This document shows positions 21,307 through 30,639 of a DNA stretch of 64,000 nt, piece by piece. A program made the position numbers and the translations under genes. The notes under the pieces are model-generated. The model was not told the DNA's origin. It searched no databases and saw only the letters and a list, made by a program, of their open reading frames with translations. Every line of letters starts with the position of its first letter. Position 1 is the first letter of the stretch. The DNA is from Fimbriimonadia bacterium (GTDB lineage Bacteria; Armatimonadota; Fimbriimonadia; Fimbriimonadales; JABRVX01), in NCBI GenBank assembly GCA_041483895.1, contig JBGPGO010000004.1, positions 128,001 through 192,000 on the forward strand. The letters run 5' to 3'.

Positions 21307-22422
21307 CTAACTCGGCGGATTCACATATGGTTCCAACCGACGCCGAATGTCCGCGAATTGTTCCTCAGTTAGCTTAGTGCCTTCCGGTTTGCAGTATGGC
21401 CCCATGAACCGCCGAAAGAGCCGAAATGTCTGAGTTTCAGGTTTTTCAGGTGGGTAGAATCCCCGCTGGTCTCTATACGACGTGCGAGCATCTTCATCTA
21501 GGCCATCCCACCAATCACTTAAGGACTTCATGTCGTCTTGGAGATTTTGCCCGGAGATGAACGCCTGATTTTCGCGCAATAGTTTCGGAGCGATCAGACG
21601 ATGAAGCTTGTCGTTTGAAGCGAATACCTGACAAAACGGCAGATAGAAGAGATACTCTAGATCGATGTTGTTTGTTGGCTTGAATCCAATTAGTTTGTGC
21701 CTGGTGCATGTGTGAAGGAGCAAGATGGCTTTTAGACAATGGTAGGCATATGGGGCAAATTGACGGACCATGAGGGCACGATGATAGTTCCATCTGCTGA
21801 TGACTTGGTGCAGCGATTCATTCGAAATGTTGAATCGACGACACAGCAGGCGGATCCACACCAACTGCAACCCAGGTCTATTGGCCAGGGTTTCAGCAGT
21901 GCGGAGTGCCTCGCCGATATTGTTCGCCCTTGGGATGATGATGCTTCGGCTTCGAAGTTCCTCACCAAATGCTTCCATGGTCACCTCGTTCGTCCAAGTT
22001 CGCCACATCTTGGCCCCAAGTCGCTCTGTTTCTTCAAACTGCCCGTCTTGCCACCGCATGATAGCGGTGTTGAGTTCATGCAGATCGAGCATGAATCCGT
22101 ATCCACCGTCGTCTTCCACGATTCGAGCGTAGTCCACCGGGAACTGACCAGTAAGCGGAACCGGATAACCGTGGAGCGAGGCTTCACAAGCATTTTGCGC
22201 CGAAACAATCACAATCGGACCACTGCCAAAGAATTTCGCGGCCAGGATTGCAACCTCACTTTGACCAGCTTGCGAGATTGTATTCTTTGCAAGATCGCCT
22301 AGCACCTCCATTGCCAATATGGGCGGGAGGCCCGGCCTATAGTGCGCATTGAGGGTGCTATGTTCCGACTTGCCTAGCATTTGGAACGCAGACTTATCCA
22401 GTATCAAATTTGGACCGATCAT
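21307..22422 (-). CDS. Hypothetical protein with a PIN-like motif arrangement
   Basis: 371 aa. N-terminal LILDKS, later NNIDLEYL and FASNDKL. TAGAAT lies 8 nt upstream of the ATG. Confidence 0.65.
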   Translation of the reverse strand: MIGPNLILDKSAFQMLGKSEHSTLNAHYRPGLPPILAMEVLGDLAKNTISQAGQSEVAILAAKFFGSGPIVIVSAQNACEASLHGYPVPLTGQFPVDYARIVEDDGGYGFMLDLHELNTAIMRWQDGQFEETERLGAKMWRTWTNEVTMEAFGEELRSRSIIIPRANNIGEALRTAETLANRPGLQLVWIRLLCRRFNISNESLHQVISRWNYHRALMVRQFAPYAYHCLKAILLLHTCTRHKLIGFKPTNNIDLEYLFYLPFCQVFASNDKLHRLIAPKLLRENQAFISGQNLQDDMKSLSDWWDGLDEDARTSYRDQRGFYPPEKPETQTFRLFRRFMGPYCKPEGTKLTEEQFADIRRRLEPYVNPPS

Positions 22423-22748
22423 GGACTCGGATTCTAGCAGAGTGCTCGGGCCGGGGTTTCTTCGAATAAGTCTTGGGGCTCATCAATTTCCGCCCTGACC
22501 TAACGGCTCCAAGAATGGATTGAAAACGCCTACCCTACCCCGAAGTAGTTTACCGCGAGCAATGACAGCAAATGAGTTTGCTACGGCTGGCGTGCAATCG
22601 ACCGATTCGGTCTCGACTAATTTTGCCCTGTATTGCATTGTGGCTAGGGCTGGTCCCCGATGATTCTGCCCCGGTAAGCGATTAATTGTCGGTTACTGAC
22701 ATTGCCCCAACGGATGCAACCGTGCGTTTCTTGACCCTATTCTACGGA

Positions 22749-23696
22749 TTACGCCAGCTCTGATAATAGCCGTGTGGCCCGACCCTGAAGGTCCTCCCGC
22801 GCGTCGTCGTAGATCATCAGCGTCTCAAGCTTGGAATGACGGCTGAGCTTCTGTGCGCCGCGCACGTCGCCGTTGGTGGCGTGCAGGTAGGCGGTGATGC
22901 TCGTGTGCCGCCACTTATGCGGGCTGAAGTTCTGGATACCGGCCTTCTTGGCATAATACTTCACCATGAACGCCAGGCCAACACCAGTGATGCCGGACAG
23001 TTGGCCATCGAGGTCCCGTGTGCAGGAGAGGAACAGTGCCGGTCGGTCGTCGTTCCTGCTAGCCATGTAATCGCCGATCGCTTCGATGGCCTTGTCGCTC
23101 AGCGTCATCAGCACCTTCTGAGTCCCTGTGCCTTTGCCACGGACGGCTAGCGTCTTCGCATCAGGGTCGAAGTCGCCCCTCGTCAGATTGCAGATCTCCG
23201 CCCGTCGCAGCGCCAGTTCCCAAAACAGCCGAAGGATCGCCGCGTCTCTCTTTCCCTTGACGGTGTTGGAATTGGGAAGCATCAGCATCGCGGCCGCCGC
23301 GTCCTTGTCGACGCCCCTTGTGTCGCGGTACTGCATCGTCTTCTCTCCCGGTACCAGCCCTTGCGGATTGACTTCCGTCAGCCCAAGCTGTCGAGCAACT
23401 TGTAGAAGCGAACGGATCGCCGTCAGTCTACGGTTCAGCGTCACCTCGGCCACGCCTTGTTCAATCTGCTGCATCTTGAAGGTAAGCATCGCCCGAACGA
23501 CGCCGGGCGTGTCCAGTTTGAAGAACGCGCCGACCGTTTGCGGCGTTGGCTCGCTCCTGGCCACGACCCGGAAGAACAGCCGTAGATCCCGCTGGTAGGC
23601 CAGCCTCGTGACCTCGCTCCTTTTGGACCGAAGAAGAAACTCCAGCGCGTCTGGAGCCGCTGGGGCTACTTCTGTAACCTTGAGTTCAATTGCCAT
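22749..23696 (-). CDS. Tyrosine recombinase (XerC/D-like), intact
   Basis: Catalytic set ALRRAEI (R), GKG (K), HKWRH, RH and LMIY (Y). RBS AGGGAGG precedes MAIELK at 23696. Confidence 0.93.
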   Translation of the reverse strand: MAIELKVTEVAPAAPDALEFLLRSKRSEVTRLAYQRDLRLFFRVVARSEPTPQTVGAFFKLDTPGVVRAMLTFKMQQIEQGVAEVTLNRRLTAIRSLLQVARQLGLTEVNPQGLVPGEKTMQYRDTRGVDKDAAAAMLMLPNSNTVKGKRDAAILRLFWELALRRAEICNLTRGDFDPDAKTLAVRGKGTGTQKVLMTLSDKAIEAIGDYMASRNDDRPALFLSCTRDLDGQLSGITGVGLAFMVKYYAKKAGIQNFSPHKWRHTSITAYLHATNGDVRGAQKLSRHSKLETLMIYDDAREDLQGRATRLLSELA

Positions 23697-23713
23697 GGTT
23701 CTTGCCTCCCTTT

Positions 23714-23741
23714 GGTATCGAAAAGGGCCATTATCGATACC
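23714..23741 (-). repeat. Putative tyrosine-recombinase site 3 (11-6-11), directly upstream of the recombinase RBS
   Basis: Minus strand GGTATCGATAA TGGCCC TTTTCGATACC. Confidence 0.8.
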
Positions 23742-23855
23742 AACACGACATGTACCAGGAGGGGGCGGATACATCCAGTCCCGCGCTCTTGAAGGCTAGC
23801 GGTTTCAGTGTAAAATGGATTGTAGTAGCCGATAGTAACGGCTTGGAGGAAGTCA

Positions 23856-24563
23856 GTGGAGTTGGTTCTACGGTCAAGGGGCTCGGGATATTCTCTTCGC
23901 AGATTCATTCTCTACGTTCTCTTCGCATCAACGAGAGACGATTTTGAATTGCGCCGCCAACCAAGACCCAGCGAGGCCGGCCGCAACTGGAAGGCAGCCA
24001 CAGACCTGGAACTTGTTGCAGGGCTCCGGTCGGGGGAACACGGCGCTAGCGCCGAGTTCGTCCGGCGGTTCGAGAAGCTCGTAACATACATTGCCTACGG
24101 CCACACTTATGAGAAGGAGGAGGTCGAGGATCTCGTACAAGATGTTTGGGTGGTCCTCTCGCGCGGCAACTGGCGGACGGTCTGCGCTTGGGAAAACAAG
24201 TGTCCACTCTCAAGCTACGTGTCCGTGATCACAACCCGCGTGGTTCGCGCCCGGATGCGACGTCGACCTAACGAAGTCTCAATCGAGGAGCTGGACGCTG
24301 AACCCGTGGATTCCACCGTCATCGTTGAACCGCTTCTGACGTCACAGCAGGCAGAGACGATTCAGTTTTGCATCCGGCAACTTTCGGCGAAGCAGCAGCT
24401 CGTGCTAAAGCTACGAATCGTCGATGGAGCGGACCATATCGAGATCGGTCGGTTGCTTGGCATTTCGCCGACGACATCAAGGAAACGACTGTTTGACGCA
24501 CTTCGGAAGCTGGCAAAACTGATCCCCGAAGTCGATCCGAGTTTGATGGAGCTGGAGATATAA
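23856..24563 (+). CDS. ECF sigma-70 factor (start uncertain)
   Basis: Region 2 EVEDLVQDVW; region 4 IRQLSAKQQLVLKL...EIGRLLGIS...RKRLFDA. Confidence 0.85.
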   Translation: MELVLRSRGSGYSLRRFILYVLFASTRDDFELRRQPRPSEAGRNWKAATDLELVAGLRSGEHGASAEFVRRFEKLVTYIAYGHTYEKEEVEDLVQDVWVVLSRGNWRTVCAWENKCPLSSYVSVITTRVVRARMRRRPNEVSIEELDAEPVDSTVIVEPLLTSQQAETIQFCIRQLSAKQQLVLKLRIVDGADHIEIGRLLGISPTTSRKRLFDALRKLAKLIPEVDPSLMELEI

Positions 24564-25127
24564 ATGCGCTTTCCTTGGAGCAAACGGGAAGACCTTGACG
24601 CGCTGGAGCGCATCATCAGTGGCGAGACTTCGGAGCAAGAGGCCGCGGAATTCGCCGTAACCATCGCCCGATCCGAAAAAGCTAGGCGTGCGATTGTTCC
24701 ATTGGAGAAGGCCGGCAGATTGGTTTCGGTGGCCGGTTCTGACATCTCTCCGTCCGAACATCTTAGCAACAATGAGCTGGCCGAGTGTATTGCCGGTGAC
24801 GTGTCGCCGATTGTCAAAATGCGAAGGGAGGCTCATTTGGCCTCTTGCGATGAGTGCCGGGCGGTGTTCGTGCGAGCGACGGCGGCCTACCGCGTGTATG
24901 CGGAGAATGTGCGCCCGCCGTTCCGCCGCGCCATCCGCGGCATATTGCTACCCCTTAGCCTGGGGATCGTGCCCGGGATCTTCTTCGGCATCTATCTGCT
25001 TGGTTATTTTCTATCGCCCTTCGATCCCCCTTGGCTCGCCCCACTTGTGAACAGTCCCTGGATCGTAGTCTTCGGGCTGGCATCAGCCGTAGTCGCGGTG
25101 ATGATCCTTCTTAGGAAACGTTGGTGA
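24564..25127 (+). CDS. Zinc-binding anti-sigma factor with two TM helices
   Basis: HLS...EAHLASCDECR (HxxxCxxC) followed by two hydrophobic segments. Confidence 0.8.
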   Translation: MRFPWSKREDLDALERIISGETSEQEAAEFAVTIARSEKARRAIVPLEKAGRLVSVAGSDISPSEHLSNNELAECIAGDVSPIVKMRREAHLASCDECRAVFVRATAAYRVYAENVRPPFRRAIRGILLPLSLGIVPGIFFGIYLLGYFLSPFDPPWLAPLVNSPWIVVFGLASAVVAVMILLRKRW

Positions 25128-25657
25128 AGTGGATCGCGCTATGCGTCGGCGCCGTTCTTGCGAGCGTCATGTGGGTGACTGTCACGAGGCTCGCGCTCAA
25201 CGCCTCCCATTTCCAGGACCTGGAACCGATGTCCGCACTCCAGATACGGTCCGCGCCGTATCGTCAAAGATCCGCAATGCGATATGGCTTCGGCGGAATG
25301 CTCCCTCGGCCCGCAGGCGTCCAAGATCGCATCCGTCTCACGTTCGAGAGCGAAGGAAGGTTTGAGGTTCAGATCCTGTTCCGCGACGGTGAGGGCGACA
25401 TGGTCTTCCCAGGATTGGTCGACGAGATGACCGGGCGTTTCATGTGCGGCCCACACCTCGCCGCCGTCGAGTTCCCCTACCTCAACGCAGTGCGCGGCAT
25501 GCTGCACGGTCCGGCGCTGGTGAGTGGAAGGCCCGCCGTTTACGTCGAGGTGGAAGGCCTTCGGTGGGTGGCCGAACGGAACGACTATGCGCCCGTCGCC
25601 GGCTTCCGCTGGCAAGGCATGCTTCCGTCGGAGGGAGGGCCGTACGGTGGCCGCTAG
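25124..25657 (+). CDS. Membrane-anchored hypothetical protein, paralog 1 of 4
   Basis: N-terminal TM; GLVDEMTGRF...GMLHGPALVSGRPAVYVE...WQG. Confidence 0.75.
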   Translation: MKWIALCVGAVLASVMWVTVTRLALNASHFQDLEPMSALQIRSAPYRQRSAMRYGFGGMLPRPAGVQDRIRLTFESEGRFEVQILFRDGEGDMVFPGLVDEMTGRFMCGPHLAAVEFPYLNAVRGMLHGPALVSGRPAVYVEVEGLRWVAERNDYAPVAGFRWQGMLPSEGGPYGGR

Positions 25658-26180
25658 AATCCCTATCTTGATATCCGTAGTCGTCTCGTTGTTGGTGGCG
25701 ATCTGCTTCGTCGTCTTTGCACGAGCGAGGATCGAGACATTCAAGTATGCCGGCCTTCCCGTAATGTCCGAGGCTGCGTTGAGACGCGCTCCGTTCGATT
25801 GGCTGCTCTTCGTCCGTCATTCCGCCTACCTAAAGGAGTTCGCAGGGCGTAATCTTGTACAGGTGACGGAATACGAAGGCAAGGTGGGCGTAATGCCCGG
25901 CATTGCGGATGGGCAGGGCTTGCCCTTGATAGTAGGCCCGATAGATCAGAAGACCGGCCGTTTCCGCGCCGACCTCTCTCCCGCAAGCGGCAAGTATCCC
26001 TACTTCGATCGAGTGGAAGGGGTGCTCCACGGCCCAGGGCTGGTGAACGGTGCTCCGTGCGTTTATGTCGAAATGCGCTCGGAGTGGGCGGGGATCTACG
26101 AGAGAGCCCATCCACACTTCCGCTCGATCGGCTGGTCCGGGGTCTTTCGGAGTTGCCGCGAGGTCTCCGTCATGCCATGA
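25647..26180 (+). CDS. Membrane-anchored hypothetical protein, paralog 2 of 4
   Basis: GTG start after GGAGGG; GPIDQKTGRF...GVLHGPGLVNGAPCVYVE...WSG. Confidence 0.75.
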   Translation: MAARIPILISVVVSLLVAICFVVFARARIETFKYAGLPVMSEAALRRAPFDWLLFVRHSAYLKEFAGRNLVQVTEYEGKVGVMPGIADGQGLPLIVGPIDQKTGRFRADLSPASGKYPYFDRVEGVLHGPGLVNGAPCVYVEMRSEWAGIYERAHPHFRSIGWSGVFRSCREVSVMP

Positions 26181-26683
26181 TCGGCAAGTTGCTGGCTCTC
26201 GGTCTTGCTTGCTGCTTGACGGCTACGATGCTCGTGATCGCCGTCCATTCGTTCGTCGTGCACCCTTATCTCGGCAAGCTTGCCACCAAGTCGGAGGGCG
26301 AGGTGAGGCGCGCCCCGTTCATCCTCACCGACCTGAAACGAACGCCTTTCGTTGGCGTCCTCCACCGACCGGATGGCACTCCTGATATAGTTAGTATACG
26401 CTGGACGCTCTATGCCTCCGTGAACGTGTCGATACGATTCGGACATGGCGAGGGCGATGTGACGTTTGCCGGGATGATCGATCCGGAGACAGGCGAGTTC
26501 CGTTGCGGCCCGCACGCCGCCGCGATGAGCTTCCCCCATTTCTATCACTTGGTCGGCAGGTTGCGCGGACCGGGCTTGGTTGCTGGCAAACCGATTGTGT
26601 ATTTCGAAGGGAAAGGCCTTCCCGTGGAGGGTCCAGTTCGCCCCGGATATTCATGGAAGGGCTTTCTGACGTGGAGGCCGTAA
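26177..26683 (+). CDS. Membrane-anchored hypothetical protein, paralog 3 of 4
   Basis: ATGA-coupled; GMIDPETGEF...GRLRGPGLVAGKPIVYFE...WKG. Confidence 0.75.
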   Translation: MIGKLLALGLACCLTATMLVIAVHSFVVHPYLGKLATKSEGEVRRAPFILTDLKRTPFVGVLHRPDGTPDIVSIRWTLYASVNVSIRFGHGEGDVTFAGMIDPETGEFRCGPHAAAMSFPHFYHLVGRLRGPGLVAGKPIVYFEGKGLPVEGPVRPGYSWKGFLTWRP

Positions 26684-27213
26684 TCCGCCCCGCGCGGCTG
26701 TTGATCGCTTTGGTCCTGTTCCTGACTGGAGCGGGATTGATAGCCGCCGCGCTCGTTGTGGCATTCCACGGCTATGCATCGGCGACGCGATTCGAAGGCC
26801 TTCGAACAAGGACGATCACGCAACTTCGATACGCCGTGTTTTCGCCACGACTGGCTGGGAGGTGGCATTGGCGCGGGGTCTGGCCGGGGCGCGAGATCAG
26901 GAAGGCCGACGTAACGATCGCCGGCGATAATACAATCACATTCCGCCTGACTCCTACCGAGGACATTCAGTTGCCGCAGTGTAGTGGGATTCTGTCGTCT
27001 GATGGCAGCTTTGACATCGGTCCGATTCTGGCGAAGATCGGTTCCCTTCGCTTTGACGCGATCGTGGGCCGGGTCCGTGGACCGGCGTTGGTCGACGGTC
27101 AGCCGCAGATCTGGCTTGAGGCGCAGACGGTCCTGAAACGCCGCCCGGTGTTCGCTGGGCGGGTTAGATTGTATCGGTGGTCGGGAACACTCGCCGCAAC
27201 GGGTCGGACCTAG
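26671..27213 (+). CDS. Membrane-anchored hypothetical protein, paralog 4 of 4
   Basis: N-terminal TM; GILSSDGSF...GRVRGPALVDGQPQIWLE...WSG. Confidence 0.7.
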   Translation: MEAVIRPARLLIALVLFLTGAGLIAAALVVAFHGYASATRFEGLRTRTITQLRYAVFSPRLAGRWHWRGVWPGREIRKADVTIAGDNTITFRLTPTEDIQLPQCSGILSSDGSFDIGPILAKIGSLRFDAIVGRVRGPALVDGQPQIWLEAQTVLKRRPVFAGRVRLYRWSGTLAATGRT

Positions 27214-27360
27214 CGCACAAAATCATCGGTGCGTCGATAAGTAACGCTGGGCGCTTGGCGAGGCACCTATTGAGATGGAACAAGCTAGTTCGGGAACGAT
27301 TCCACTACAGGCACGCCGTTGTAGAGCAGGATATCCGAACCGCTAAACAGGAGGTTCCGG

Positions 27361-30300
27361 ATGTCATCGAGCCGATTTTTGACCGTCATTGTGGGTATCG
27401 CCGCGACTGCGTCTGTGGTCGCGCATGACTTCGTAGACGAATTCAACGGCAATTCGGTGGATACTTCCCTGTGGACCGTTGACACAGGTCAGGGTGTCGT
27501 GTCAGTCGCGAACGGTTTCCTGTCCTTATCTGCACCATCCAGCGCCTCGGGGTTCCCAGCGCTGACCTGCGCGACCAACCCGTTTGCCGCCGGTAGTTGG
27601 ACATTCGAGATCAGAATGCGCTACACAAACCTACACGGTGGGCATGGGGACGGCGTCGAACTGTTTCGAAGCCCAGACGGTGACGGAAGTCCCTACAAAA
27701 CGATCATCTGGCAGGACCTCAACAATTTGGCCTTCTTTTGTTCGAACACGCTCATGTTCGTGATCTCGGGAGGGGATACGGAGTGGCATACGTATCGGCT
27801 CGTATACACGGTTGAACAGAATGTGTTCGCGGCCTATGTCGATGAAGTGAAGCGGGGAGAAGTCCCAGCGGAGGCGCAATGCGACACGATAAGGATCGGG
27901 AATCCGAGGTCCGGATGCTGTAACGGCTGGAACTCCTTTGACGTCGACTATGTTAGGATCACTCCCGCCGAAGATACGTGGCACGTCAACCCGGCCAATG
28001 GCCATCTGTACAAGCGGACGGATACCATGAACTGGAAGGACGCCAGGCGGCAGGCCGTGCTGTGGGGTGGGCAATTGGTCACAATCAACGATCAAGCGGA
28101 GCAGGACTGGCTCCTCCAGACCTTTGGCGACAGCGAAGACCTGTTCATCGGCCTGCGCGATGTCAAGCCGCCGCTCCAGAAGTGGCGGTGGGAGTCTGGC
28201 GAGGCGGTCAGCTACACGAATTGGAACACTGGAGAACCCACAGATACAGTTGCCGAGCCGGTTGTCATGCTTAATAATGGATTAGCCGGCAAATGGAACA
28301 ACGTGCCGATGAGCTTTTTGGCGCGCGGCATCGTCGAGCGGACGCCACCTCAAGTTCAGCGACTGGCGGTGGGTTCCGACGGCGCGACCGTCACCTCTGA
28401 CCCGCTGGAGCCGGGCAAGCGATACGTTATTGAGGCTTCTGGAAGCTGGCAGATCGCTCTTGACGGCCGACTGGCCGACGCGAACTATTGGCGAGATCAG
28501 GACGGAGTTTGGCGGGAAAAGAGCGCTCCTGGACTCCTGGTAAACAATCAGAATGTCGCTTGGATGGGGTCCCCCGAAGGCGTATATTATGCGACGCACA
28601 CCTACTCGCCATCTCACGTCTATCGGTATATCGTCGTCGGCAACGGCGAGCCCATATCGTTCCGCGTGAACGATACACAGTACGACGACAACTTCGGCGG
28701 GTTGCAGGTAAGGATCTATTCGCCCGTGCCGACAACGGGTACACAGGCTGACGCGCTATGGCCGTTGCACTACGTCGATCGTAACAACACGGGCTTTTTT
28801 CCATGGGCCATTGGGCCAGATGTTCCTCAGGTACGCTGGTCGCTGCCTAACGTCGGTTTGGCCGTCCTAGTCTCAAGCAATGGTAATGTTTATTGCCTTT
28901 CAAATGCAGCACTACAATGCTTTAGCCCGGATGGCTTACTCCTTTCTCAGGCGACACTGCCAGGCAGCCAAATAAGCATTGGCGGCGTTATCGGAGCGGA
29001 CGGCTCGGTCTTCCTGCTGGCACACCAATACATCGCCGCCTTTGATGAGAATCTCAACCTGCGCTGGCAATATTCAGATGGGGGCTTGTGCGGCCCTGTT
29101 GTAGACGACGCCGGCAACCTGTACTATGGTGGCTGGTTCGGCGGGGGTCAACTTTATTCACGAACCCCCTCAGGCCAGCTAAGCTGGTCCCTTCCTTTGT
29201 CTGAAGAGATGTTCCCTCGCATGGTCCTCGGCCCAGATAATCTGATCTATTTGAAGGCTCTTCATTCGCCCCGAATCTACGTGTTCTCCATCGACGGCCA
29301 GTCTCTAGGCAATTTCGACGGGCGCGGAAACGGGGGCATGACGCCGGTTTTCGATAGCGATGGCACGTTCTACACGACGACCGCCGACGGCATGCTCCAT
29401 TGCTTTAACCCGGACCGGACGCCTCGCTGGGAACAGAATATCGGAGCGACGGTTGATACCACCCTTGCTCTTGCGCCCGACCACAGAGTCGTTAGCCAGA
29501 CGTTTTCGAGTGGATTACTCCTAAGCTTCTTGTTCGATGGAACTCAACTGTGGTCCACGCCCCAGGACGCCTCCGCCTATCAACATATCCGGCTCGACGC
29601 GCAGGGAACGGCAACGAACGCGAACTTTGCGAATCGTATCTGGTCCGTAGACTTCATGGGTAGCCCGATGTGGAACCAACAGTTCGCAGGAACAGATATG
29701 ATCGCATCGCACGTTATTGGACCCGACGGCACGATCTACGCGACTGCGGGAGGGCTCCTGGGCACACTCTACGCCATCGGCCCAGGCTCGCCAGTGCTCC
29801 AGGAAACCTTCCTAACCATTGATAACACCACAATTAAACGCGGTGAGACTGCGGACCTCGCCGCTCGACTGGCATTGGGTAGAAACTCCGGCGGGGCGAG
29901 AAATCGCACCGTCCGGTTCTACATAGATCACGTGGTATTAGGCCAGGCGGTGACCGACTGGCGCGGTATCGCAACGTTGCCCTATGCCGCGCCGAGCAAT
30001 ATGGCGATCGGACCACATGTCTTGACCGCGAACTTCGATGGCGATACGAATTTTTGGAACTGCGAAGGCGACGGCACACTATACGTTCGCCGCCCCGTCA
30101 GCCAAGTGGAAGGCCAGATCTTCTTGGAGAACTACGAACCCGACCCGACTGGGCAGTCCATCACCTTCGAATTGCTCGACGGCGGCGGACAAACGTTGGC
30201 CGACACCGTAGCCATCCTGGATTCCACGGGCCATTATTCGTTTGAAATGACATACGAAGGACCTTGTTCACTCCGGGCGAAAGGCAGCCACTGGCTCAGC

Positions 30301-30531
30301 TCAGTCGTCTCAGGCCTCAATCTGTCCGAATCAGCGCCGGCCATCGCCAACATGCAACTGCCAAATGGTGACGCCGATGGCGACAATCTAGTAAGTCTCA
30401 TTGACCTGAACCGGATTCTCATTGAGTTCACATCGACTGCATCTACCGACACCGATCTGGATGGATCTGGAAAAGTGGATTTGCCTGACCTAAATATCGT
30501 CTTCTTGAACTTTGCAAGGGCCGGTCAATGA
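27361..30531 (+). CDS. Large secreted multidomain protein (ConA-like, C-type lectin, PQQ-type propeller, Ig-like, dockerin-like tail)
   Basis: Signal peptide; C-type lectin motifs LVTINDQAEQDWL, YTNWNTGEP and KWNN; repeated DG...RW propeller blades; KGSHWL; GDADGDN and DLDGSG Ca-loop pair. Confidence 0.85.
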   Translation: MSSSRFLTVIVGIAATASVVAHDFVDEFNGNSVDTSLWTVDTGQGVVSVANGFLSLSAPSSASGFPALTCATNPFAAGSWTFEIRMRYTNLHGGHGDGVELFRSPDGDGSPYKTIIWQDLNNLAFFCSNTLMFVISGGDTEWHTYRLVYTVEQNVFAAYVDEVKRGEVPAEAQCDTIRIGNPRSGCCNGWNSFDVDYVRITPAEDTWHVNPANGHLYKRTDTMNWKDARRQAVLWGGQLVTINDQAEQDWLLQTFGDSEDLFIGLRDVKPPLQKWRWESGEAVSYTNWNTGEPTDTVAEPVVMLNNGLAGKWNNVPMSFLARGIVERTPPQVQRLAVGSDGATVTSDPLEPGKRYVIEASGSWQIALDGRLADANYWRDQDGVWREKSAPGLLVNNQNVAWMGSPEGVYYATHTYSPSHVYRYIVVGNGEPISFRVNDTQYDDNFGGLQVRIYSPVPTTGTQADALWPLHYVDRNNTGFFPWAIGPDVPQVRWSLPNVGLAVLVSSNGNVYCLSNAALQCFSPDGLLLSQATLPGSQISIGGVIGADGSVFLLAHQYIAAFDENLNLRWQYSDGGLCGPVVDDAGNLYYGGWFGGGQLYSRTPSGQLSWSLPLSEEMFPRMVLGPDNLIYLKALHSPRIYVFSIDGQSLGNFDGRGNGGMTPVFDSDGTFYTTTADGMLHCFNPDRTPRWEQNIGATVDTTLALAPDHRVVSQTFSSGLLLSFLFDGTQLWSTPQDASAYQHIRLDAQGTATNANFANRIWSVDFMGSPMWNQQFAGTDMIASHVIGPDGTIYATAGGLLGTLYAIGPGSPVLQETFLTIDNTTIKRGETADLAARLALGRNSGGARNRTVRFYIDHVVLGQAVTDWRGIATLPYAAPSNMAIGPHVLTANFDGDTNFWNCEGDGTLYVRRPVSQVEGQIFLENYEPDPTGQSITFELLDGGGQTLADTVAILDSTGHYSFEMTYEGPCSLRAKGSHWLSSVVSGLNLSESAPAIANMQLPNGDADGDNLVSLIDLNRILIEFTSTASTDTDLDGSGKVDLPDLNIVFLNFARAGQ

Positions 30532-30639
30532 ATCAACGGCCTCGCATTAGGAGCGAAACCATGCGTTTGCTGGTGCGAGTCGTTGATGGAAGCGCATTGA
30601 GACATTAGCGGGATCGCGCCACCAACCCTGATCCCCGCA

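Noticed and set aside
27231..27260. Fifth recombination site (GCGTCGATAAGTAACG)
   Set aside because: Only a partial left arm is present, with no TGG and no right arm.
25124..30531. Diversity-generating retroelement acting on the C-type lectin or the paralogs
   Set aside because: No reverse transcriptase and no TR/VR near-identical repeat pair were seen.
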